A stretch of 64,000 bases of DNA from the human T2T-CHM13v2.0 reference genome, Homo sapiens. The notes under the pieces are model-generated. The model was not told the origin of the DNA. It worked only from the letters and a program-made list of their open reading frames with translations, and did not search any database. The stretch lies in the NCBI RefSeq assembly GCF_009914755.1, contig NC_060932.1; one strand, given 5' to 3'. Positions 1 through 20,533 of this stretch are shown piece after piece. Made by a program: the position numbers and the translations under genes. Position 1 is the stretch's first letter; each line of letters begins with the position of its first letter.

Positions 1-1599
1 AAAAGGAGTAAATAAAATCACAAACTTTTGGTGATAGTAGTACATATAAAGTGGTTTAAACATTGCTTGCATTCTTAATTGAGTTTCTTTCCCTTCTTTA
101 TTCCTGGCTAGATTTCTCTCCTATAAAGCATCATTAATATTTCTACTTCATGTGTTTTTGTTTTTCTTTTACAAAGAGTATAAGCAAATGAGCATTTTAC
201 TTTCCCTTATTAGGTTTTTAAAATAAGAAGACTTATTTTGTAAACAAATTCACAAAATTTGTTGCTCTCCTGGAGAAAAGGATACTGTCCCATTGCTGTC
301 TGTCATTGCCACTGGCATTCTAATAACTTCTTCAAAACAAGAGTCATTTTTATGTCCCATCATAAGCAATTTATCATTCACTCTCAGTGCATTAAAAGGG
401 TAATAGAATAATAAAAAACAACAACATATGGAAAGATTATAACACCAATAGAGAAAAAAGAGTATTTTTTATTCACCTGGGGCCCATTTTCAAATACTGG
501 AGCCAAATATATATAACTAGAATTATAAAGAGCAATGTTTCCCCACAAAGAAAGAACCTGAAGGAAGGAACGGAAACCAAAACTGGTACACAGAACCAGT
601 CTGTATCGTCAGAAAGAAAAACAACATGATACTCACAGGCAATAACAAAGTTCTGATAATCCACAAATCAATGGACAGTCTACAATTGAAAAGCATTCCT
701 TATCTAGGACTGATTTCCTGTCTAATTAATTTCCCAAATATTACTTCTTTTAAGAGAAATTCCCATATCTAGAACGATAACTCATAGTCATTTGAGATAA
801 TTATGCAGTTTCCACTTTCATTCAAAAAAATTTGAGCATATTCTTCACTGTATTCTTCTGCATGTCCACTCAAGCTGTCAATTCAGATGATTTCCAACAT
901 CCACATCAATAAAGGTCTAGCAATTTTAAAACTGTCAAGAGGCTAATGATCAAACATACAATATTAAGGTACTCTAAATTACTGACATTCTAAGTAGGCC
1001 TGATGTTTTCCCAAAGAAGAGAAAGTAGTGATTACTTACATATTGCAGTCATATATACAAAGCTAAGAAGGCTAATTTGGCTAATAAGCTTTCTGGGAAC
1101 TAGTTAGTACTCATCTGGTGTCCATCTAACGTAACGTATTCTCAAAGAGTGAAGTGAAAGCACTCTTGACCAATTAGGAACACTGAATCTATTGTCATCT
1201 TATGGAAAAGGCAAGACAAAATGACACAGATATCATTTGCTTCAAAACAACCTCACTGGATGTAATGCCCAAGAGTTTTCTTCAGAACAAGATAGAAAGC
1301 AAGGAGAGTTAACAATTATAACAATGCCCATAAAATGCTCTGATCTGAAATGAGGCCTGGGAACTTTTAACTTTATTCATAGAAAAAAAGACATTTAATT
1401 TTGAAACAATAATCAATAGAAAAGACCATCAATGCAGTTAGAAGTAAAATGTAAAGAAAAAGAAAAAAAAAGTCTTGAGCTCTTTATAAGCACTAATAAT
1501 TCAAAAAAGAGGCTAAGGTCAGAAAACCAGAAAAGCTAGTATAGATGGCATGACCGCATAACTTATTAACATCAATCAGTTTTCCTTTTTCTTTCTTAT

Positions 1600-3700
<2,101 letters not shown>

Positions 3701-3785
3701 TCTTATCTACCCTCTGTTCTCACGTTCTTATAGGTAATCAATTTCAATGTTTTCTGGTTTATCCTTCTTGTGCTTATTTTTGGAA

Positions 3786-3790
<5 letters not shown>

Positions 3791-3817
<27 letters not shown>

Positions 3818-3820
3818 TAT
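3791..3820. repeat. (TA)n microsatellite
   Basis: atatatatacatatatatatatatatatat. Confidence 0.9.
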
Positions 3821-3856
3821 GCAGTTAAATGAGTTTTTTTTCCTTAATTCCTATAG

Positions 3857-4400
3857 TGTATTAGTAATCTATTTCTGCCTAGCAAATTACATCTGGAAAT
3901 GACAACTTAAAAGAATGAATGTTATTTCACATAGTTTCTGAGGGTCAGGAATCTGGGAATGGTTAGCTGGATGATTCTGACTCAGCATTTCCAACAAGGT
4001 TGCTGCCAAGCTATACATGGGGACTATCATATCTCATCTCAAGGCTTAAATGCGGCTGGAAAATCTGCTTCCAAGAATCTTCATGTGGTTATTGACAAGC
4101 CTCAGTTTCTCACTGGCTACTGGCCAGAGACTTCAGTACCTCCCCAAATGGGCTTGTCTATAAGGCAGTTTACAATATGGCAGTTTGCTGCTTCCGGAGC
4201 AAGTGATCCAAGTGAATGAGAAAAACAGCCCAACATAAAAGCCATAGTTTTTATGACCATCTTGAAAATGGCTTATCATCAGCTCTGCCATATGCTAGTG
4301 GTCACACAGAAAAACTCTTCTACAATGTGGGAGGGGACTATACAAACGTGAATACTAGGAGACAGGTTGATTGGGCACCTTCTTGGAGGCTGGTTATCAC
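3857..4400 (-). mobile_element. MLT1-family (ERVL-MaLR) solo LTR
   Basis: tgtattagt...aaattac...tttcacatagtttctgagggtcaggaatctggg, ending ggaggctggttatcac; typical reverse-strand MLT1 pattern. Confidence 0.75.
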
Positions 4401-4872
4401 TTATTGTTTCTGACAAAAAGGATGGCATATTGTAAACAATCTTTTGTACTTTGTTTCACTAAACAATGTATCTTAGAAAGTAATCCATCAGTAGTTCTAG
4501 AGAACTTCACTATTGTACAGATGTAAAATACTCTATTGTGTATTTGTACAGATTATTCAACCAGTCTCCTATATTTGGGCACTTAGGCAGGCTCCAATAT
4601 TTTGCAATTACAAACAATGAATAACCTATTACTTATATATTTTTATTGTTGAAAATCGTAAACTTAGAAAATCCAGTTCCGGATCACCTATGAATTAAAC
4701 TCCTCTGAGAAGGTTAGTAGTACATTTTTGGAAGGAAGAGTAAAAAATCTTAATTTAACTTTTAAAACACTTTCACCATGCATTTCTTCAGTGCCTAATG
4801 TAAGCAGTAATGTACCATTTTCCATAATGCCAAAACTTGTATTCAACTATCTCTGCAAAGAACAACATAGAG

Positions 4873-5231
<359 letters not shown>

Positions 5232-7639
5232 TCAGTAGATATTGAAATGCACCTGTAGAAAAGAGGTGACAGCTAAGTAGAGGTGAAATGCTATACCAAT
5301 TTCTAAGTGTCTCTGATAGGGTTCAAGCAGCTCAAAAGCAGCTGAAAGAAAGAGTTACCTAGTATTGATGGGAAAGGTCAAAAGCGAAGAAATTTTTCAT
5401 GAAACGGTAAGAAGATGAATTGTCCAATAAATAGTAGTATTGTATTAATGCTTAATTGCTGAGAAGAAAAAATATATAGAGGGAAAAGAATAAGAAATAC
5501 ACCCTGAAATACGTTAATAATTGGTGAATCTATGCGAGAGTATACAGGTATTCATCTTAGTATTTTTTAAAACTTTCCTGTAAGTTGGAAATTTTTCAAA
5601 ATACAAATAATAAAAATTTGGAGAAACAGTCGTAGGGAAGCTTGACATTAGCAATGACATATGACTCATAAAATTCAAATAGCTCAACTGACTTAGTGGT
5701 TTAAAGTACAACTTTGAGGCAAAAACTGCAGTTGAATTTGAATTAAACAGAAGTAAAAACTTCTTTGTATTTTAATACATGAAGTCTGGCATCTTTCTAC
5801 TTATCAAAGGTCTAATTATAAGTTTCAGCTTTTAATATCATTAAGCTTTCAGGGAATACAAACAACAATAACAAATAAAACTGCCATTAATACTCTGCTG
5901 AAAGCTTTGTCAAAGGTTTTAATGAAGAATTTGATTTTAATGAAGAATCTGATTACTTTTGAAGATACCAGCCAATGTTAATCTCCTCTTTCCCCATACG
6001 GTTTGTAAATGAGTAAACCATTAAAGCATGTATCACTGCCATCTCAGCTGCCATTTCTTAGCTATATCTGCATTCTGTTGCTGGATTCATGTTGAAATTC
6101 TTAAAAACTTGACACTTTTTCTTGAAAAAAAAAAAAAATCAACCAACCATGTCAGATTTTGTTGCAGCGTTATTTTGGAAAAGACTTACGACTGAAGAAA
6201 TAAGATGGAAAGTCAAAAAAAGAGTTGGAAAAATTAAACACAAATAGGCTCACAAATATAAAACTTAAAATTGTGTAGACTAGAATGAATGAGATGATCT
6301 CCCTATATTCTAAAGCAGAAGACAAATTTGATTGTGATAACTAAGTCTACCAAATAGAGACAAGAGTGTTTATCAAAATGATAGAATGCCAAATTAGTTT
6401 AGTTTTTAGTAAATTTTCTTCTACTACACTAGATAACTTATTTTATAGAATAATTACCAATGGCTTCTTTTTCATCAGTACATTTTATGACTTATAAGCA
6501 TGATGTGAAAGTATACTCACAAAAATCATAACTCAATGGAGCAGGATTATTCTAAGACTTAGATAGTTCTTAATCTGTTGTCCAGCCTACACACCCTAAA
6601 ATGGCTCATGATTGACATGGCTGGGTACGTGAGAAGATCACATCCCTTTTGATGTCCTTCAGAAGCACAGGAGGATTCTAGCTATGTAAAGATTTGGGGT
6701 ATTATAATCATAATGTTATAAAAACTACTTTATGAACTAGTTAACGGTTAGATGAGATATTTGAAATCAGTACATTTGTAGATATGAGGCTTCTAATACT
6801 TAGCCAAGAATATCTAGTTTAAAAAAGCAGCCTTGTGAGAGAATTGAGACTTGTTTTGTTTAAAACTAAGCAAATTAATAAAGGTATTCTATAAATGAAT
6901 GAAGATTTTAGAAAAGGTCATGAAAATGTATGTACTGCTTCGTCAAGGAGAAAATACAGTAAAAAGGAGGCTTTACATTAGATATAGTAAAGAATTTCTG
7001 GATAAAATTATTTAATTTTTTTAAAGATCTGAGAATGTTTCTAGAGCATAAGGCAATCAATAAATGTCAATTGAATAGAAAAGTTTTAGAATCTCTTTCT
7101 TGATATGTTATTTCATTCATTTACGATGATTCTGCCTAGACTACAGAAACCTAATGACAATTCTGAATGCAGTCTGCAAACAAGTGATTCTCTGTAATTT
7201 TTCTTCAATAACAAAGGCTATTATTGGAGTACTAGTATGGGCCAGACATTGCATACTCTATTATAGGAAATTTTATATAGCATGAATTTATAAATAAGAA
7301 GTGTTTTCCCCCCATTAATGTGATGGGGATTTGCTGGGGTTTTTTGTAACTATCTAATTATTTGAAGAGTAAGTCTGTTAGTTTATTTAAGAGCAGCTGA
7401 AAGTAGAACTTGCAGATTCTGAGACCCACAGACCAACACAGATTTAACAAACAAACCAACCACCAGACAAGACAACTTATCAAAGGTCCCTTTTCAAATC
7501 TTCTCATTGTCAATTCCAGCTTGCCTCCCTAATATTTCTTGTACATTTTATACTGCTGGTATGCTGTTTTGATTTTACCATGTTGTGCTGCTATAATGTA
7601 ACAGTGCTAGTCTATGAAGCACCCACTGGCGGAATGATC

Positions 7640-9600
<1,961 letters not shown>

Positions 9601-10174
9601 GAGTTTAGTTCAGACTAAAAAGTAAGAAAGTAGTGAGCAACCATGGGCAGTTCCGTATACTCTAAAGGGAAGCAGAAAAACAAGTGACTAAAGAGTGGTG
9701 TAAGAATTGACACAAAAGAATGTGTTTTTTTTATTTTATTGTTGTAAAAGATGTGAGCTACCAGAATTCAATACATATGAGCAGATGGATATAAACCAGT
9801 AAGCAGAGCATAGCTGCAGGAAACAAATTCCTGAGAAGGTGAGATGGAATGAAATCCAGAGCAAAAAGTAGACGAGAGGTGGCCTTAGAAAGAAGCAGGA
9901 TGTTTCTCCATTGAATGAAGAAGGAAAGCATTGTACACGAGTGCAGCTGCAGCTAAGTTGGTAGAATTGGTGATAGCAATAAGTTCTTTTTGATGGCATC
10001 TATTTTTTCAATGAAATATGAAAAAAGTAATAAGCTGAGAGGAAAAAATTAAATGTGTAAAAAGAAATGGCTGAGGCAAGGATAAAAACACACTTGAGAT
10101 TTATGGTTATGATTATAAAGTGAAATCTGACAATTACACATGTATTTTTCTTTTTTCCGGCTACATTCATTTCT

Positions 10175-10308
10175 TGATTACGGCAACAAAATAGGCCAAA
10201 CAGTGAGTGGAAAAACACAAACAAACAGTTTTGCCTCTGCTCTGGCACCACCACAATCAACACAGAAGATTTCTGTGACTGAATGTGTGGGGAGTTTTCC
10301 CCAAACAC

Positions 10309-10359
<51 letters not shown>

Positions 10360-11090
10360 TTTTGCCACAGGCAACAGCAGGATGGCCTCCAAATCAGTCC
10401 TGACACTACCTGGAGACAGCATTAGATGCCACAAGTTGAGGGCTCAGTCCCACAAAGACTACCTGCCATTTCTGATGCCAATTACACATCCCAAGTTGTT
10501 TTACCTGTGCTTCTGACTGACCAGCTATAAATTGGGGTTCCCATGACCTCCTCTTTGGGTTTAATTTATTTGCTAGAGTGGCTCACAGAAATCAGAAAAA
10601 CACTTACTTACTTACATTTACTGGTTTATTATAAAGCATTTATAAAGAATACAGATAAAGAGATGCATATGGCAAGGGATGGGAAGGGGGAGAGGCGCTT
10701 CCATGCCATCCCTGGGGCACCAGCTGCCAGGAACCTCCACATGTTCAGCTCTCTGGAAGCTCTCCAAACTCTGTGAGTCTTCATGGAGGCTTCATTACAT
10801 AGGCACAACTGATTAAACTACTGGCCACTGGTGATCAACTTAACCTTCAGCCTCTCTCCCTTCCTCAGTGGTTGGGCTGAAAGTCCAACCCTCTAATTAT
10901 GCTCTGGTCTATCCAATGACCAGCCTCCATCCTGAAGCTACCTGGAGACTGCCAGGCATCAGTAAACTCATTAGCATACAAAAAGACATGACTTCGAAGA
11001 TTCTAAATATTTTTAGGAATTGTATGCCAGGAAACTGGTTGAAGACCAAAAACACATTTTATAGTATAGCCATTGCGATTAATAAATACT
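10175..11090. mobile_element. MER21-like ERV solo LTR
   Basis: Recalled MER21-group motifs: cacagaagatttctgtgac, ctgacactacctggagacagc, gagggctcagtcccaca, tttgctagagtggctcacagaa. Confidence 0.7.
10308..10359. repeat. (GCAA)n tetranucleotide repeat inside the LTR
   Basis: About 12-13 perfect units. Confidence 0.95.
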
Positions 11091-11149
11091 ATAGCATTCC
11101 CAAGCAAGTACACTGACAGGAGAGGCAGCAATAATTAAAAACTCCCTCA

Positions 11150-13490
11150 TGGGTGTCAAAAGTGACCAGATAGGGAACCTAGACTTCTACCCACAACTGA
11201 CTGTAAGGTGGCAGTGTCCTTCCCCAACCCCCACAATTCTCCTGCATGAGTGCGTCAAATTAAGCCAGCTAAAACAAATTCACATAAGATCCAGGGTCTT
11301 ACAGCATAATACTCAACATGCCTAGGTTTCAACAGAAAATCACTTGTCATACCAAGAACTATGAAGATCTCAAACTGAATAAAAAAGACAACCAATAGAT
11401 ACTGTACTAGTTTCCTATTGCTACTGCAATAAATTATCATAAACTTAGTAGCTAAAACAACACACATTTATTACCTTACAGTTCTAGATGTGAGGAATTT
11501 GCCATAAATCTCACAGCGCCTAAGTATACCAATTCAAAAACAAATTGTCAGCATGGATGAGAAAAAATGACTCAACTAATATGCCATCTAAAAGGAATTC
11601 AGTTCAAATATAATGATATTGGCAGGTTGAAAGTAAAAGAATCGAAAAATCTGTGTCACACAAATCTCAATTTTAAAAAGGCAGGAGTGGCTATGTTAAC
11701 ATCATATAAAGTGGAATTTAGAGCAAAGAAAATTATGAAAGAGTTTTTATAAAATGAAGAAAGGGTCAATCACATTTATAACAATCCTAAATGTGTATGC
11801 AACAAAGCTACAAACAACAAAGCTACAAAATATATGAAACAAAAACTGATAGAAGTTAAAGGAGAAATAATTAAATCTACAATTATAGTTAGAAACTTCA
11901 CTACTCAACAACTGATAGAACAACCAGACAGAAAATCAGCAAGGATATAGAACTCAATGATACCATCAACCAACAGAATCTATTAATAACAGGCATTTAT
12001 AGAACACTCCATCCAAAAACATCAGAAAATACATTCTCTTCACATGCCCATGGAACATTTACAAAAATAGTCCATGTCCTGAGCCATGAACTTTGTCCTA
12101 CCTTTGTCCAAATAAAGATTTAAAAATCAAAAAAATTGAAATCATACAGAGTATTGTTCAAGCACAATGGAATCAAACTAGAAAGTAACATGAGAAAGGT
12201 AGCAGAAAAATCTCCAAACAGAATCTAAACAACCATACTCTAAATAGTCTGTGGGTTAAAGACGAAATCTCAAGAGAAATTTAAAAACATACAAAATTTA
12301 ACTGAATGAACATGAAAATGGAACAAATCAAAATGTGCGAATCACAGCAAAAGCAGTACTTAAAAGAAAAATTATAACATTAAATACATACATTAGGAAA
12401 AAGGGGAAAAAAGGTCAATTTTCTAAGCTCCTACCTCAAAAACCCAGAAAAAGAGCAAAATGAGCCCAAAATAAGCAGAAAAAAGGAAATAATAAAAAAC
12501 AAAAATCAACAATATTGAAAACAGAAAAAGAATTTGAATAATGAAATAAAGAAATGGTTATTTGAAAAGATCAATAAAATTGACAAAGAAAAGGAGAAAA
12601 CACAAATTACCAATATCAGGAATGAAACGGGATTATTACTACAGACCCTGCAGGCACCAAATATCTGATAAAAAGAAACTAAAAACAACTCTATGCACAA
12701 ATTTGACAACTTAGATGAAATTGACCAATTCCTTGAAAGACATAAATAACTAAGACTCACACAAGAAGAAATAAATAACCCAATTAGTTTCAGACCTACT
12801 TAAAATTGAATCAAATAATAATAATAATGAAATGATTAGGCCCAAATGGTTTCACTAGTGAATTCTACCAAACATTTAAGGAGAAATACAGTTGGCCCTA
12901 TGTATCTGTGGGTTCTGCATTTATGGATTCAAGCAACTACAGATTTAAATAGTAATAATAATAATACAAATAAAATATAGTATAACAAAACTACTTATAC
13001 AGCACTGACTTTGTATTAGTTATTATAACTAAAGCTGATTTAAAGTATACGGGAGGATATGCCTCCATAGGTTATACTATGTAACTTTTTATAAGGGATT
13101 TGAACATCTGCATCTTCAGGGGATCCTGGAACCAGTACCCCTGAGGACACCTAGGGCCGAATGTATTACTAACACATTACAGTCTCTTCCAGAAAATAAA
13201 AGGAAAACTAACTCATTCTATAAGGCCAGGTTTACCCTAATTAAAAAAACTAGTTAAAGGTATTATAAGTAGAGAAAAGTACAAAACAGTATGTATGTAT
13301 TTCTATGACAGAAATGTCCCATATCTTGACTGCATCAATGTCAATATCCTGGCTGTGATGTTACACTACAGTTCTGCAAGGTGTTACCACTAGGGGAAAC
13401 TAGGAAAAGGGTACAAGGGACTTCTTTTTATTACTTCTAACAATTGCATGGGAACTTACAATTATGTCAAAATAAAAGTTTAATAAAAAT
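11150..13490 (+). mobile_element. Old L1M element: degenerate ORF2 endonuclease region plus 3' fragment, with nested MLT1 piece (~11405-11515) and MER2
   Basis: L1 ORF2-like motifs (caatcctaaatgtgtatgca, cacaatggaatcaaactagaaa, gaattctaccaaacatttaagga); many stops and frameshifts. Confidence 0.8.
12888..13163. mobile_element. MER2-like TcMar-Tigger MITE nested in L1
   Basis: TIR-like ends cagttggccct ... agggccgaatg, flanked by TA. Confidence 0.75.
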
Positions 13491-13830
13491 CTTAAAGAAC
13501 AGAGCTAGTAACCATTACAATAGCAAAGCATTAATGAATTCTAATGTTACATGTGCTACTTTAAGAAAGCAAATATTAACAGTAATTTATTATATTTTAA
13601 AGAACCATTTAAAATACCAATTTGGTTGTAGCTGAAGTTCTAATCCAAATTGCAATACAAATGTTACAGAGTTGCTATAATTTACTAGGGAAAATGACAG
13701 CTGCTCTCAGAGTATACACTAAGAAGTTATCATGCTTCACAAATATGTCACTTTTTTTAATGATGTAAGCCTGGTGGCTTTAATTACACAAAAAGATTCA
13801 TTGGAAGGACTTGAAGTACTAGAGTGGTGA

Positions 13831-14542
<712 letters not shown>

Positions 14543-14727
14543 TACACAGGTTAGTATCTATAACTAACTTAAGGTCTATTGACATTATTTGATCTACCTC
14601 TTACCTATCAATAGATCAAACACCTTAAATACTACATCTTTCCATACAGAGTCTAGTTGTTTTAGGTTTCAAATGAATGTTCATCAACCCTAGTGACTAG
14701 AGAGCAAAGACTGAAGAAGATCGTTTA

Positions 14728-15068
14728 TGATATTCCCCATTATCTGCAGTTTCCCTTTCTGTGGTTTCAGTTACCCCCAGTCAACCACAGTCTGAAAATA
14801 GGTGAATACAGTACAATTAGATATTGTGAGACACAGAGAGAGACCACATTGACATAACTCTCATTACAGTTCATCATTATAACTGTTCTATTTTATTATT
14901 GGTATGGTTGTTAATCTCTTACTGTGCCTAATTTATGAATTAAACTTTATTACAGGTATGTACATATAGGAAAAACCATAGTCTGTACAGGTTTCAGTAC
15001 TATCTGTGGTTTCAGGTATCCACTGGGGGTCTTGGAACGTATCCCCACAGATAAGGGAAGGTTACTAT
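14728..15068. mobile_element. Tigger3a/MER7-like MITE
   Basis: ccccattatctgcagtttc...ggtttcagttacc...gggggtcttggaacgtatccccacagataaggg. Confidence 0.75.
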
Positions 15069-15324
15069 GCAAAGTTCAAAGAATCAATTTATTACCAAGT
15101 TAATCCATTTTATTATAATAATATGATGATGAGTCTTACTGGCAATATTAGGTAACTTGTCTTTCAAAAGGAATAATCTTTAATCTAAAAAAGAACATTA
15201 TATTAACAGACTAGATTTAAGCCCTGGAGTTTATATTTAGGGGCCACTCTAATTTTATTTTTGTTTTAGGCCATGCCATGTCCTTCCAAATGAACAAACA
15301 GGTAAAAAGTCTGATTCTGCACAT

Positions 15325-15545
15325 ATAAGAGCACTCATTGATCCTGGAGCCAAACTGCTTGAATTCAAATTCCTGTAATTTCCCTTGATGGTTCTGTGAA
15401 CTTAGAAGTAACTTAACCTCTCCATCTGTAAAAATGAGTACAATAACAATATCTACTTCACAGCTTCATTGTGAGGATTCAACGCCCTTGAAATAGCACC
15501 TGGATCAAAGGAGGATTCAGGCGGTGTCAGCTATTATTATTGTCA
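15325..15545 (+). mobile_element. MIR SINE
   Basis: ctggagccaaactgcttgaattcaaattc...acttaacctctccatctgtaaaaatga (MIR core). Confidence 0.75.
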
Positions 15546-16312
15546 CTGTATTTTATGTAACGCTAAGTTGTTTGCTTGCTGCAAGAATCTAAACATTCAG
15601 TATGAACTATGAAACAAATACCTGCTGCTAATAAAAGAAAAAAGAAAGAAACTAGCTTAGCTGTTCCTTCACGGTGCAAACAACACTTGAAAATTGAAAT
15701 TAATCTCTTACGTCAGATATAATCTTTTTTAAAAGGTGTGAGTTTTACATTCTTCTCCTAAATTGTCTTCATATTTTAAAAATTTCAAAAAAGTCTTTCA
15801 ACCACGTTCAATATAAAACTTTAAATTTTCCTGCTCATGTCCAAAATTATACAAGATTAAACTATTCATATAATTTTCTTAGTCAAGAAATTAACTTTTT
15901 AACATATATTTAAAATGAGTATTCACATTGCTTTGTTTCAGCAGTAATGCCTTTTAACTTCCTTTGCTGTAATACTAAAGGCAATCTTTTAAAATCAGAA
16001 ATTCATCTTATTATAAAAATAACTTCCCCTAATAAAATTCATATAGATAAATATACAACTTTTCTTAATAAGTAAGGTAAGATTTATTTCTGCTTGTAGT
16101 TTATTTTCTAGGATGCAGTCTGTATAATTAGACTTTCTAATAACTGATAAGTAATTCTTTAAGTTCAGATTAACAGCATGAGAAAAATAATCATATAGTC
16201 TGACAGTAAAACATGTATTACACATGGTATGCAATATGCCAGGTTACAGTATAGCTAATGTGCAAAACAGCAAACTAACAGAACAATGGCCAAAAGAAAA
16301 AAACAAAAATAA

Positions 16313-16591
<279 letters not shown>

Positions 16592-16939
16592 GCAAAAATA
16601 AGGCCTCGGTTTGACATCTGGATGTCTGATGTGACAGCTGCAGGCAGCTTCATCTTTCCAGAATTGGAATGTTCTCAATCATAAGAGCCATCTGAGAAAT
16701 CTGTTGATAAAAACTCAGTAAACCTCATCCATCTTACCAATTAAAACATTTTTAAAATGCACTTATGTTTTAAGAAATGTATAGGACTATATGCAATTCA
16801 AAACTATTTTTAGGAAGCTAAAAATTTATTAAAACTATTGGCATAAAATGTCAAATAATTAATGGTTAATGAGTATTTATATGACCTGGAAAATATGCTG
16901 CCCCCAATTATCAGTAATCGGACCTTAGACATATTTATT

Positions 16940-18110
<1,171 letters not shown>

Positions 18111-19660
18111 GCAAAGGATTTCGGATACATTTTGCTGACTTACTAAGCCAGTCTCAGCAAGAACACACCAGACACCTCAATATTGCCGGTGGCCTGAGCC
18201 ACAGCTGATTCCTTATAGAGAGACTGGGGGCTACCCATCAAATCATAGATTTGGATTTCCACAGAAGTGCAATGAATCCAGGTTAAAGCTAATTTATTCT
18301 TGAGACACCTGAATGCAAACATATCCTCCTTCCACATCCCCTTAACCCTAAATACACTAGGAAAACACTAGGATCAACCATCTTAGCAATGCTGTGACCA
18401 TCTAAACTCACTCACTTTACATCCCCATCATCCTTGGTCCTGACAACGACAAACATTCCTTTGGTTATCTATCCTTTTCCAAACTCTCAGGCTCAATCTG
18501 CTCTTACCTCTTTCTTTGATTCAATTTTCCACTGCTCCCTCTATCCTTTCCACTCTGCCCAGAGAATCTCCTTCACATAATTAACAAAGACCCTACTTTC
18601 TAGCCCTTTTCAACAAACATTCCCTTTGTCAACCACCTTTAACTTAAATGTGGCTCTCCCATAATACCACATGCAGCGCAGCCTTTTTAAAAAAGAAAGC
18701 TCCTCATTTTCCAAAGCTTCCTTACTTCAAAGTCAAGAACAGAGGTATCTACCATGTCCATGGATGCTAAGACTGAATGTGATGAAGCACACTTCCAACA
18801 GAATTGATTAAATGACTCTAAATTCACAGGGAAGAATAAAGACTGAAAACAACCTACCTAAATGTGAAACACTAGGGAATTCGCTCAAAAAACCAAAATA
18901 TACTCATAGAAGGGTACTGTGAAGTTGTTATAAACTCAGGTTGTAGAAAAGTACTTAATGTCTTTGGGAACATTTATGTAACTAAATTAGAAAAATATGT
19001 ACTATTAAGCAGTTTATAACACATTAGGCTGATTTGATTAAAGAGAAATAAGACAGTGGGATGCTCACAGAAGAAAAGGTTATAAATAAAGTACACCAAA
19101 ATGTTATCTCTAAGTAGCAAAATTACAAATGATTTTTCTTTTTCATCCTTTTCCTGTTTCTCTCAATTTCCAAATGAATGTATTTCTTTTACAATCAGAA
19201 AGAAAAGGCCAAAAGTATGTTACTTTAAAAAATTTATAATCAAAACACACAAAAACTGCTCTTCAATAACATTTACATAGGCTGTTTTTGACTTTTCATA
19301 CCCCTATTTAAAACAAAAAATGAACAAACGAAAAATCTAAATACCTCCAAGTCCTTCAGTTTATTGACCAGAACTTCAGTCATTAGCAGAAAAACAAAAG
19401 AAAGCCCTCAAGATTTCTTCTAAGTCTACCATTCACTTACACAATAATTCAGCAAAGAGGATGATGAGTCTCTCTGAGTAAGTCTTCTCATTTAAATATC
19501 CAAGTGTGCTATCCAAAACCAATGGCCATGTGCTAGGGTCCCTTAATTGCAAAATTAAGGGTACACTGTTGCTTTGTATAGCTTTATTAAAAAACATGCA
19601 TTCTTATGTATAAGATGGTATTAGTCACATATTTGTAAATGTTCTATAAAAAGAGACTGT

Positions 19661-19983
<323 letters not shown>

Positions 19984-20458
19984 CTAATGCACAAAAGTAA
20001 TAACATAAAACGATGAGATACTGGAAAGACATTTGCAGCAAGTAAATTCCTAAAGAAAAAATATTTAAGAAGGAAAATTTCACTCTCAAGGTAAGTAAGG
20101 GTACTACATTTGCATCTGGCATAAAAATAAAGAATGACATATTACTCAGAATGATCTCTAATAACTCTAAGGCATTCCTTTCAAAAGAAACCCTTTTAAA
20201 AAAATTAATGTTTAATCTTTTAAATTTAGCTCTGGAAATAATTCTTTCACCATAATTCCACTGGAAAGAATTACTTATTAGAGAACCTGTATGGGCAGAA
20301 AAACATTTTGGAATACATTTCACCTAAGTGTTATTTCACTGCATTATATAGCATGAATGTAGAAACAGAACTGGTTTATATTCCAACAAAATTAACCATA
20401 TTACTAGACTTTTCCTTTTAAATCACATCTGAAAAGCTGTAGATCATTTCCAAAAAAG

Positions 20459-20533
20459 TAGATATTCTTGAAAAGAACAATTAACTCTAAATGACTCTAG
20501 AGATATTCTTGAAAAGAACAAATGACTCTAAAT
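20459..20533. repeat. Local tandem duplication, ~41-bp period
   Basis: agatattcttgaaaagaacaa...actctaaat occurs twice. Confidence 0.9.

Noticed and set aside
10000-10516. ORFs with (LLAC)n and (KQAS)n repeats
   Set aside because: They are translations of the (GCAA)n microsatellite inside an LTR.
11520-13260. L1 ORF2 as an active or domesticated gene
   Set aside because: Heavily degenerate, with stops, frameshifts and a nested MER2.
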